The translations under genes and the position numbers were made by a program. Shown here piece after piece: positions 17,601-26,500 of a stretch of DNA of 52,685 bases (positions within the stretch are counted from its first letter, which is position 1; every line of letters starts with the position of its first letter). The notes under the pieces were generated by a model that made no database searches, was not told the origin of the DNA, and worked only from the letters and a program-made list of their open reading frames with translations. This DNA is from a virus (taxonomy: Duplodnaviria; Caudoviricetes), in the IMG/VR virus record IMGVR_UViG_3300025687_000060, positions 1 through 52,685 of that record; one strand, 5' to 3'.

Positions 17601-18966
17601 TTCTAATCGTGGAATTGGTTATGAAATTGGTGATATTTTAACTTTAGCAGAACTTCCATTCCAAGTTGGAATCGGTACAAGCAACTTCGAAATAACTGTT
17701 AGAAATAGATATCAAAACAAGTTTGCTGGATGGACTTTTGGTCAATTATTAGAATTAGATAGTTTTGATAATCTATTCAATGGTGTGAGGAGATCATTCC
17801 TTTTAACCAGAACAATCACATCAAAGGAATATTATAGTATTGTTGCTCAAGAAGGTTCTGGCATCGAATTGCAAAATAATCTGTTGATATTCTTAAACGA
17901 TACGTTGCAAATACCAGGAAAAGACTATACATTCAATGGTGGTACTCGTTTGCAGTTTACTGAAGCACCAAGAGCGGGAAGCAAAATTAAATTATACTTC
18001 TATAATGCGTCATCTTCTGATGCAGTTGAGGTAGATATCGATGAAACAATTAAACGTGGAGATATACTAACCTTACAGACACAAGGAACGGTTCCACAAC
18101 AAGATGACAGAGTAATCTATGAGGTAATTGCTGCAGATACTGTAGAAACACAAACATATAGTGGAGTTGGAATCATAACAGATACATCTTTCACTAGACC
18201 AACAATATGGACAAAACAAACGTCAGATACAATTATTGATGGTGAATATATTTCCAAAGAAAGAGATTATTTGGAACCAAAGATTTTCCCATCCACAAAT
18301 ATTATTGCATCAGTTGCATCTACAGATGGAAAAATTTATGTCAAAGACACATATCTTTTCAGTAAAGTAGATAACTTAGGTAACACTCTCAATGATGTTT
18401 TCATAGTTGGACTTGGAACTGAAGTAGTCACCGAAAAACTCTCATCGGTACAATATGCTGGTGATTATGGACTGATTGTTGGTGTTGGTGCAAGTTCAAC
18501 AGGAATTAATACAACATCACCAATGCTTGAAATTGATTTGATACCACATCCAGACATTTATAGCAATACCCCAGGACCAGGAGAAGTCTCTAGACCAGGA
18601 ATATCAACTGGAGATTATTTTGTAATCGAAAACACTATACTTGGAGATGGAGTTACTTCAATAGACAATAATTTCTCTATTGTCTCTGTAGGAAATAGTT
18701 TTATAGACAATGTTTACTATGCAAATAATGTTACTTCTATAGGGTCATCAGGAGTTCGTGTTTCCGTAAATGTCCAATCCATATCTGGAATTGATACTAC
18801 ATCATTACCAACTTTGCAAAATTATGGAACTTTCAGTTGGGGATACATGACAGCGCCAAGATCAGCAAATTCACAATCATTTGATTTCTATAATCAAAAT
18901 GGATTATTGGGAATAGAAACATCTGCTCATGTGGGTAGACTTTTGCAATTAAGATTGACCTACTAA
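8686..18966 (+). CDS. gp7: giant baseplate wedge initiator (gp7-like), 3426 aa
   Basis: Position between gp6 and gp8; FY.SKGT motif, HSPIIGWAYDGNPIYGPYG, DSDYYQRFSYSIK; many internal repeats. Confidence 0.8.
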   Translation: MADKKVSISNILGSQIPDFIQSESPLFKEFLEQYYASEEHEYGTTYLADNLDDLKDISKLSGVIYAAVPVVLTEDAYHLDEVINVNTTEGFPDTYGLIKIDNEIITYTGKTLTSFTGCVRGFSGISKIESSNNPEFLTFSDTEIDYHYSGTSVENLSLLFVEKFYNKFKYQFLPGLENRNFENLSFENILSRAKDFYSSKGTDTAVKILFNVLFAKNATVIRPFDNTIVSSDAYWSKFPSLTVETIEGNPKNLESTTIFQGSTESPTATAVVSRVEEKFVGTKRYYRLFVSQGTLSNKFNVSKKTKVLGTTNSTSVVTVDSTVGFPDSGIFYYQTSEGNYASVEYQSKSYNQFFGCSGLSDPLEESTEIIDDNFIYGNENFDLTQICQMRIIGSIQGLSENSKNSQYFKKGDLISLKYFGEKPSLENKKYNSWFYNNVYELDIENLDISTSTVTTSAKHFLHVGDVVDILIKDTKQVAASDLEVTSILSKNAFKIQSGSFQSGVKYIAKKKLLYSNSNLIDTPLLANIQNSFSDLEENIYVSFSGLPSYSSIETSDRSKTFRFSDVDTSTGIVTINQHQFLNGDRVYFEVTSGSNYVTDGFYYIKKITVNTFKLSSSLPSIYSNFSVDFSGISSVDEFKITPFSLYQKVLQNQNHLKRILKNPRAKKEDRIISDEIGTLLNGIELKSPVSSDSYFYGQIESINIIDDGNDFDVLNPPDIQIIDDSGSGANAHLNLDGELVDVVLTSGGFNYAENPVVKVIGGNGSGAVCESKLRGYYHQESFTDFQVNLVTNIIELPEPHKFLDGEEVVYLNTGNSIGIGSTNVGFSTDRLSKNSLYYIAKQSDTSFSLAATKDRALSKTKLIDLNAYGNGDHTLKSRELRKIIDRISVINPGEGYKNTKIEVDSQSYPQSNRKNLFTQFVGINTHDNYIYARNHNFRSGDQVVYSISSGGSAISGLSTSNYYIVTVIDDHKFKLSEAGTASSITSVNYDRKIYSEINDIGSGSHTFKYPEIQVSIDGLVSLGSTTVIPSYYQASAYPVVRGSIDSVFIKSGGIGYGVTDIINYSRTPAIKILTGKEADLRAVVDSTGKLSSIYISNGGSEYTTPPTLVVEGSGISASLRANISNGVITSVDILDAGKKYKQNDTKIRVIPTGSNGRLGAELHEWKINDVKRYQNILSDLNVHTIQKKAPIPSLGSKLVSFYPARFYRSLLNDNVVDTQSGYIEATSNLNHSPIIGWAYDGNPIYGPYGNGKAIPDASGTGGIKKIYSSYSIDQVITPGLRPPVPAGDLVQDYLYDSSGDLDEYNGRYIVNSDFPNGTYAYFCTLDVSDNFAYPYTTFMHRNESDGFNYDLTKNQLDATINDGNYKRNVSHLGINDVFRNYPFVSPAVESNPEVEVTYSKPSGITSLDIVDPGSSYKVGDLINFNTPEISASVKEIKGKGIYSIQSTDYTYENVVFSINGNKVTGITTSSNNFIDGDRLEISGISSSLYIDLEGIKKVGVSTVESLLSVSLGTTSITGINTHLTLTESPRSRKFRKNDLIQIGSELILITDLDLVNNRYKVLREQNGSTSSSHTENTQVTKIQKEFSFEIDKKLQNKNVETGYIQYFNSLQSVGIGTSYSSVTVGFAGSTQIVKSIPPRAIYLNDHKFETGDELRYVSYGGSITASATNSLSDTFRLDEFDKLYCVKINDEYIGVSTQKVGFTTNYVYFDAATDTSHSFEVIKTNLTGIVKKKLITVTLNEQHSLKNNDEISLRVTPKRTQNYNFIFNDSARKLVVNSVSFASTYISVGSTDSSIFIENHGLETGDLVVYTNNIGIATPLQNNETYYVIKISDSRIKLAKNSYDYKKYPYSYIGITTFGSGLHEISKVNPKLEFYKGNTVSIGVSDVSLIDYDVNFYLDDKFKARYNSSLITKTGVFGDLNPNTKININVTDDLPKTLFYRLEGKNNNYTNTFPSSINAEVNENSTIKVLDSKYNNSHIISGIGSTTFDFNFVGFAETTSYTSSNVNDVFYYTKSTNDSGPIYSTKIIEYGRNVAEFPFVTSIGSTSGSDASISANSFDIGRIVDTKVNNQGYEFVEDKTLTPKANSNTVLFLKNALTLSGVNVTDGGSNYTSPPNITAVGNDSILAISKLQGNSVLSAEVIFGDSNLSPDLRLFPTNNSNGVTVIGSSSAFGENTLTLRAPILGFTVFPFEEGDEIFVENVKIIDGSGSGYNSADYDYQKLVVTGINTISGSESVTYAIPGVGATTGGSYDSSNTFGRVVKYDNLCELSPILDKVLYLEGEKVQSTNGDAYGFVAKNGWNPDNQTLKLINVSGQFDQNDIISGNINGYKSTVSSTVEYDFDLKVGSVVETEGQWQTDTGKLNLDTQRLHDSDYYQRFSYSIKGEVPYETWSEPVDSLCHTSGFKKFSNLEINNGIGNSVRTSINDTTINLDILVDSSASVHSITHYDLVSEDTDDPGLSKLVKLDSKIITDYIESRTNKVLMIDDLSSDFTGYTTSIGGQIVGLTTFAIYSDEISLLYHTFDPDDTLNSIITINSHNFITGEELKYSPTNNDLNSGTAIGIATTSSLGIGVGSTDLLPETVYAIKLSESQIKLAIGSSEALAGTAISFTSVTGIGSTHSLEVSSDLANTRSLITIDNVIQSPVSRKDIQVSLSDAVGIGSTIVYLNDISKITGNSLLKIEDEIIKVTFVGIGSTNSLNIIRGQMGTVAAAHTIGAGVTVLSGDYNIAHGNLYFKDAPYGNSDNRSTFSGRIFYKLNYDTNLIIDDISESFDGATDKFDLTSNSQQISGIQTSFGVILINNIFQKPFYGDVGSILNSDYQIVGTGQTIDFTGTTVEDLPRGGIINEFDVGIGSGYQVPRRALATAVISASGTIQSIGLSTGGSGYIDAPRVSIADTLGVGIGASIIASVTAGLVTSFTIAAAGSGYTSTNPPLVVIDEPNPYKDIPLSGGQGSGAKMDVVVGTGGSIITFDISNRGIGYEIGDILTLAELPFQVGIGTSNFEITVRNRYQNKFAGWTFGQLLELDSFDNLFNGVRRSFLLTRTITSKEYYSIVAQEGSGIELQNNLLIFLNDTLQIPGKDYTFNGGTRLQFTEAPRAGSKIKLYFYNASSSDAVEVDIDETIKRGDILTLQTQGTVPQQDDRVIYEVIAADTVETQTYSGVGIITDTSFTRPTIWTKQTSDTIIDGEYISKERDYLEPKIFPSTNIIASVASTDGKIYVKDTYLFSKVDNLGNTLNDVFIVGLGTEVVTEKLSSVQYAGDYGLIVGVGASSTGINTTSPMLEIDLIPHPDIYSNTPGPGEVSRPGISTGDYFVIENTILGDGVTSIDNNFSIVSVGNSFIDNVYYANNVTSIGSSGVRVSVNVQSISGIDTTSLPTLQNYGTFSWGYMTAPRSANSQSFDFYNQNGLLGIETSAHVGRLLQLRLTY

Positions 18967-18972
18967 TTTAAG

Positions 18973-18980
18973 TATAAATA
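18973..18980 (+). promoter_or_regulatory. T4-type late promoter
   Basis: TATAAATA 20 nt upstream of gp8. Confidence 0.85.
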
Positions 18981-19000
18981 ATCAAAAAACTAGTCTGAAA

Positions 19001-20566
19001 ATGCCAGCAATAATCACAGACCAATTTAGAATATTGAATGCTGAGACATTTGTAAAAAGTCTTAGTGGTATTGGTACTACAACAAATTCTTATTATACTT
19101 TCTTGGGTCACCCCAATCCTACCAATAATAGTATTGAAAACTATGGTTCATCCGATTGGTCAACTAATCCTCCAGATCCTAGGGATTCATTTGAACAAGA
19201 GAGTTCCTATCATGATAGTATGCTTTTCCTGAAAAAAGTCAATACTTCTGATGTTGCAAGAGTAATACCACGATATACTTGGCAGTCTGGTATCACATAT
19301 GACATGTATAAAAATGATTATGATATTACCAATTCTGCTCCACAAACTGATGCTAAATCTTTGTATAATTCTAGATATTACGTTGTAAATTCAGAGTTTA
19401 AAGTCTATGTCTGCATTAATAATGGTTCAAATCCAGACTATCCAAATGGACAGAGATCACTAGAAGAACCAAATTTTGTAGATACTGCACCTCAAGTTGC
19501 TGGTGTAGGTGCTGATGGATATCTCTGGAAATATCTTTATTCATTAACACCAACAGAAATTATTAGATTTTCAACAGAAGCGTATGTTCCAGTCCCAAAT
19601 AATTGGGGAACAGGTTCCTCAGAGTCTGTAAAAAATGCTGCTGTTGATGGAAAAATTGAAACAATTGTTATTAAAAATAGAGGATCTGGATATACACTCA
19701 CTGGAGGTCTTTCAAGTGGAACAGTATCAAATGTTCCTATCCTCGGAGACGGTGAAGGTGGTTTTGCGTCAGTAACTATCACTGGTGGTGAGGTAACAAA
19801 TGTTCAGGTCACTAATGGCGGTTCAGGTTATACCAGAGCAATTTTACTTTTTAATACGACATCATCTGGATCCCTCTCTGTAGTGAGCGGACTTGGATGT
19901 GAATTTGAAGTTATTATACCACCAAGGGGTGGACATGGGTATGATGTTTATAGAGAATTAGGATCACATAGAGTAATGGTTTACTCTCAATTTGATTCTG
20001 CTTCTGATTATATTATCGGGAATAATTTTTCTCGTATCGGTATTGTCAAAAATCCTACTACTTATGGAAGTGAAACAGAGATACTAAATAGTTCAACTGC
20101 AACTAGTCTTTCGTCTCTGAAACTAAAACCAATTGGCGTTGGTAATACTTCGGATACACTATATCCAGTGAATTCTCTTATTAGTCAAACAGTTGGTGTT
20201 GGATCTACAGCAGTTGGTTATGTAGCATCCTGGGACACATCCACAGGAGTCTTGAGATACTACCAACCAGTTGGTTTAAGCACATTGTCAAATTATAATT
20301 ACAAACTCCATGATTTTGTATCAAACGGAGAAGTGGTAAATTGCTCAGGTATTGTTGGGCAAGCATTAGTACCAGATTCACTATTCAATACAAATACTGT
20401 CACAGTTGGAGGAAGAATAATTAATCTGGGACAAACTTTTACCGATGGAAAATCAAATCCAGAAGTTAAAAGATATTCAGGTGAGATAATTTATATTGAT
20501 AACAGAGCACCAATCACGAGATCAACATCTCAAAAAGAAGAAGTAAAAATTGTAGTAGAGTTCTAA
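19001..20566 (+). CDS. gp8: baseplate wedge subunit gp8
   Basis: VYVCINNG, DGYLWKYLY, SGEIIYIDNR.PI.R...Q.EE.KIVVEF. Confidence 0.92.
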   Translation: MPAIITDQFRILNAETFVKSLSGIGTTTNSYYTFLGHPNPTNNSIENYGSSDWSTNPPDPRDSFEQESSYHDSMLFLKKVNTSDVARVIPRYTWQSGITYDMYKNDYDITNSAPQTDAKSLYNSRYYVVNSEFKVYVCINNGSNPDYPNGQRSLEEPNFVDTAPQVAGVGADGYLWKYLYSLTPTEIIRFSTEAYVPVPNNWGTGSSESVKNAAVDGKIETIVIKNRGSGYTLTGGLSSGTVSNVPILGDGEGGFASVTITGGEVTNVQVTNGGSGYTRAILLFNTTSSGSLSVVSGLGCEFEVIIPPRGGHGYDVYRELGSHRVMVYSQFDSASDYIIGNNFSRIGIVKNPTTYGSETEILNSSTATSLSSLKLKPIGVGNTSDTLYPVNSLISQTVGVGSTAVGYVASWDTSTGVLRYYQPVGLSTLSNYNYKLHDFVSNGEVVNCSGIVGQALVPDSLFNTNTVTVGGRIINLGQTFTDGKSNPEVKRYSGEIIYIDNRAPITRSTSQKEEVKIVVEF

Positions 20567-20570
20567 GAAC

Positions 20571-23500
20571 ATGACCCAGAACACTAATTTAAATGTTTCT
20601 CCATATTTTGATGACTTCAATGATGAAAAGAACTACAACAAAGTTCTTTTTAAACCTGGATTCCCAGTTCAATCCAGAGAACTAACAACGCTACAATCAA
20701 TTTTACAAAATCAAATTGAAAAGTTTGGACAACATTTTTTCAAAGAAGGTTCTGTTGTTATTCCTGGTGGTACTTTTTATGACGATAGTTACTTCGCTGT
20801 AAGAGTAGATCCCAATTTCTTAGGTGTTCCTGTTTCTACATATTTAGATGTTTTAGTCAACAATAGAATAGAAATACAGGGAGAAATATCTGGAGTAAAA
20901 GCTACGGTTGTAAATAAAGTATCTTATCTAGAGTCTGAAGATGGTTATGATACGCTTTATGTAAAATATAATAGTTCTGGTTCAGATGGGTCAACCAGAG
21001 TATTCCAAAATGGAGAAAATTTAATAACTTTATCTGATATCACATATGCATCGACTTCTATTGATGCTAATAATACTTTTGCTAGATGTATTGTTTCAGA
21101 TTCAACAAAAACTGGATCTTCGGCATCGATAAGTGAAGGGGTATTTTTCATTAGAGGTTATTTTGTAAAAGTAAACTCTTCTACAGTAATTCTAGATCAA
21201 TACTCAAATACACCTAGTTATAGAATTGGTCTTCTCATTAGTGAAGAAATAGTTACTGCATCTTCATTAAATCAAGATCTTTATGATAATTCTCAAGGAT
21301 TTTCAAATGAGTCTGCCCCTGGTGCAGATAGATTTAGAGTCACTGCAACTCTTCACAAAAAACTGTTAACTGATACCAGTGACGAAAACTTTGTAGAGTT
21401 GATGCGTGTAGATAATGGATCTATAGAAAGATTTGTCAACAAAACAGACTACAATATTTTTAAAGATGAATTAGCAAGAAGAACTTATGATGAGTCTGGA
21501 GACTACTATGTAAGGCAATTTGCGTTAGATGTTAGAGAATCACTGAACGATAGAATAGGAAATAATGGAATTTATTTAAATACACAGACAACACAAAATG
21601 GAAATACTCCATCTGATGATATTTTCACAATTCAAGTTTCTCCAGGAAAAGCATATGTAAGAGGATATGAGATTGATAAAATCTCTACAACTTCTATTGA
21701 TGTATTAAAACCAAGAACAATAAAGAGTAAAGAGAATGTTAGTTTACCAGTTAATGTAAAAAATATTATGGAGGTAGAGAACGTTTATGGTTCTCCCAAA
21801 ATTGGATTCTCTACAACATACACTATAGAGTTACATGATAGAAGACTTGCTTCAAATGGACTTCTTGACGGAAGTTCTGTCCAAATCGGAAAAGCAAAGG
21901 TATATGACTACAATCAAAGTGTCTCTGGAATTACTACAACAAAATACGAACTGAGACTTCTTGATATTCAAACTTTTACAAACATTACTGTAGGATTTGC
22001 ACTAACAGCATCTGCAGGTTCTTACGTTAAAGGAAAATATAGTGGTTCCAGTGGAATTTCTGTAAGTGCTGTTACTGGTGGAACAACTATTTCTTTACAA
22101 GATGTAAGAGGAGATTTCCAAATAAATGAACCATTAGAAATTAATGGAGTAGATGTAGGGAGAAATATCACAACGATAAGAGATTACGATACAACCGACA
22201 CAAAAGCAGTTGGAGCAACTGTTGGTCTCTCGACATTTGCTGCTAACGTTACATTATCTAGGCAGAAAAAATCATTTACTGAAGCAAGTCAGTTTACAAT
22301 AAATTCGAATGGAACAGTTACTTCTTCTTCCATTTGGGATTTTAGAGACTATGTGAAAGTTGGAGACATCATAAGATATTCCGAACCAGCTTCAACTTTA
22401 CCAACATTTAATAGAGTAAATGCTGTTAACCAATCCAACTTTGTAGTCGAGGATATACCCTCAGTCACTAATGTCTGTGATGGTGGAGTTACAGGATCAA
22501 CATTTACCACAACAGATGTTGATATTTTAATTCCATCATTAAATTTAAATGCTGATCCAGGATACAGAATAAAGTTAAAAGACGAGTATATTTCTTCAAT
22601 TAATCTTTTAGATAGTTCGTATATTGTTAGAAAACAATTCAATGAGAATGTAACTGGAAGCACTTTCACATTCCAATTGAGTAGTTTAGGTGATAATGAT
22701 TTATATTTCGAACCATTCACCCAAGATAATTATATTTTAACTTGGGAGACTGGTCAGAAAGAGGTTATTCTTTCAACCCAAGTCACATTTGACTCAAACT
22801 TTAGAGAGTTAACAATTAATTCATTATCTAGAACTGGTAATGCAACTTTAACTGCAACTTGCAGAAGAACTAAATTATCATCAAAGAACAAATCAATCAA
22901 AAGATGCTCTAATCTTATTGTAAGTAGATCAAAGCATCAAGGATCTGGAATTGGATCTACAACTTTTGGTGATGGACTTTCATATAGTGAAGTATATGGA
23001 ACAAGAGTACAAGATGATCAAATATCATTGAACGTTGCTGACGTTTCTAGAATTCTTGCAATATTTGAATCAAATGATTCTAGTAATCCATCTTTACCTT
23101 CAATTGTAGTTTCATCACAAAGTGATACCTTTACGAATAATGTTATTGTAGGTGAACAATTTATAGGAGCAACTTCTGGAGCAGTTGCTCGTGTCGTTGA
23201 TATTTTAAGTGGAACACAATTGAATTTTGTGTATGAGAATGATAGACTTTTTGAGGTTGGAGAATCATTTACACTAAAAACCTCTGGCATTGTTGCTCAG
23301 ATTAGTAGTTTATCTGTCGGAAGTAGAAATATCTCCAAAAACTATGTTTTAGATGATGGACAAAGATCGGAGTTTTGTGACTTTGGAAGAATAGTTAGAA
23401 AGAGAAATATACCAGAACCAACTAAAAAAATAAGAATTGTTTTTGATTATTTTTCCAATAATGAAAGCAGTGGAACAGTTGAATCCATAAACAGTTATTC

Positions 23501-26500
23501 GTCTGTTAATTATTCAAATGATATTCCCTTTGCACTTGATAGAAGAGCAACAGATTTTATTGACCTTAGACCAAGAGTCAATTCATATTCTACATCATCT
23601 AGTGATTCACCATTCTCATTTAACAGTAGAAGTTTCTCTTCTTCATCATCAGAAACAGTAGTATCAAATAAAACCATTGTAGTGGATTATTCCTACTACC
23701 TTGGTAGAATTGATAGGTTGTATTTGACTAAAGATGGAAAATTTGAAGTCAAAAAAGGAGAACCATCAGAATATCCAAAGGCACCAGTTTCAAATACTGA
23801 GGCATTTGAGGTTGCTGTCATATCCATGACTCCATATGTCTTCAATGCAACAATTGACTCAAATGTGAAACTTATTCCACATAAGAGATTCACAATGAGT
23901 GATATTGGTGGACTTGAAAATAGAATTAAAACCCTTGAAGAGTACACGACTTTATCTCTTCTAGAAACTGACACAAAAAATCTTTCAATTAAAGACCCAA
24001 ATACAGGTTTAGATAAATTCAAATCTGGATTCTTCGTTGATAACTTTAGAAATCACAGATCACATAATTTATCTGGAGATTCATTCTTTGACATTGATGT
24101 CGAAAGAGGAGAGTGCAGACCAAGATCCACAGAAAGAAATATACCCCTTACATTTGAGACTAAATCTTCACTGTCCGACCCAGTAAATGCAGACTATAGG
24201 TGGATTGAAGATTTTGAAGACTCGAATGTCACCAGAAAGGGTAATGCATTAACTTTGTCATTCACTGAAGTAGATTTTATAGATCAACCTTTAGCGACCA
24301 GAACAGAGAATTTAAACCCATTCCATATTGCACTATATGCAGGATCCATCTCACTCAATCCTGCATCAGACTTCTGGATGGAAGAAGTCATTTTACCAAC
24401 ACCAGATGTAGTCAAGATCGATTCTCCATTTGATGGAATGGCATCTCTTCTTGGTGTTGAAGATCGTGAAAATGGTGGAATGGCCGCAAGTTATTGGAAT
24501 TCTCACGAGCAAACTTGGACAGGAAGAGAACAAATCAAAGAAGAAGTTCTTAGTGACGTAGAGGTTGGCAGACAAAGAACTTCCAATAGATTGCTAAGAG
24601 GTAATGGAATCAGAAGAATTACAACCGATGCTGTAACTAGACAAAGAGAATTACTTAATACATTTAATGAAACAGGTATCGATAGAGAATTTGGTTTCGA
24701 ACTTACCGCTGGCGAAGAAGTTGTAAGTCTTGGAAGTAGAGTCATTGGAGTAGATGTTCTCTTCAATTGCAGATCAAGGAATGTTGAAGTTGTTGGCAAG
24801 AGATTAAAACCAAATACCAGATACTACGTTTTTATGGAAAACGTAGACATGACAGATTATTGCGTTCCAAAACTTCTTCCAATTACTATGGTTAGAGGTT
24901 CTTTTGCAACTGGTGATATTGTTGATACTGTTACTCCTCCTGGATCGTCAACAGCAAGTATTAGAATGAGATTGGCACAACCAAACCATTTGTTTGGACC
25001 ATTCAATGCTCCAACAGATACTGTTGATTCAAGTATTAATGGAACTACTTTATACTCTGGAAGCAGTGAATATTTAAATATCGACACTGCTGGACTTGCA
25101 TTTCAAACAAGACCAGACCATCTTGGATGGGTAAAGTCTGGAAGCAAATTAGTTAATATTTCTGGAACAGCAGAAGCAACTGTTGATAATATTGAATTGG
25201 TATCGGATAGTACTGGAACTATCATATTCTCCTTACATATCCCAGATCCAAAAGTTTCAAGTAATCCTAAGTTTACGACTGGAAGCAATACAATCAGATT
25301 GACAACGAGTTCAGTAAACTCAAATCAATTGGATAAGAGTGAAAGTTCTGCGGAAGCAGTGTTTGTTGCCACTGGATATGCTCAAAATGTCCAAGAGCAA
25401 ACTTTATCGATCAAAACTGCAGAAGTAGAAAGAAAACAGATCGGCAGTGATCAACCAATTAGTAGGATTACACAAGAACTTGAAGAAGAAACAATCGTAG
25501 TCCAGGAAACTAGAGACACTGGTTGGTATGATCCACTTGCTCAGTCTTTCTTGGTTGATAGAAACCAAAGTCAAGATGGAGTCTTTATTACTGGTGGTGA
25601 AGTTTACTTTAAAGAAAAAGATCCAAATGTTGCGGTGACGGTTCAAATTAGAACCATGAGAGATGGAACTCCAACTACTACTATTGTTCCATATGGTGAA
25701 GTTACACTAAATCCATCAAGTGTAAACACTTCAACTGATGGTAGCGTTGCAACAAGATTTACCTTCAATACACCAGTTTACTTGCAAAGTGGTTATGAGT
25801 ATGCTCTGGTACTGGTAGCACCAACAGAAAAGTATCTTGCATTTGTAACAAGAATGGGAGAGGAAGATTTAATCCTCCAAACAGTTTATAATAGACAACC
25901 ATATCTTGGTTCTCTGTTCAAATCACAAAATAGTTCAACTTGGACTCCAAGTCAACTTGAAGACTTGAAATTTAAGTTGTTCAAAGCAAAATTTGTAACA
26001 AATACTCCATCATTTATTACTTTCTATAATAAAGAACTTCCATTAGTGAAGGTCAGAAAAAATAATCCAGTAGTAGCATACTCTAAGAGACAATATGTAT
26101 CTATAGCAAGTACAAATACTGCATTTGCCCAAGGAAATACCATTACACAGGGTTCCAATTCTGGAGATATTTTTGCCACTGGAGGTCCAGTTGATCTTGG
26201 TGGATCGGCATTAACTGTTTCATATTCTGGTATTGGATTGACTGATGGAACTTTTACTGGAATAGGATTTACATCTCTAACTGGATTTGGAAATTCTTGT
26301 CTTGCTACTGTTACAGTTTCAAGTGGAGCTATCAGTAATATTAGTGTAACTGATTCTGGTTCTGGATATGCAGTTGGAGATCTTTTACTTGCAAATCAAA
26401 TTGGAGAGACTGGATCTGGAGTAAGAGTAACAGTTGGATCTGTCAGTCAAACAAACTTAATTGTCCTTGATAATATTGATACAAATATTACCACTGGAAT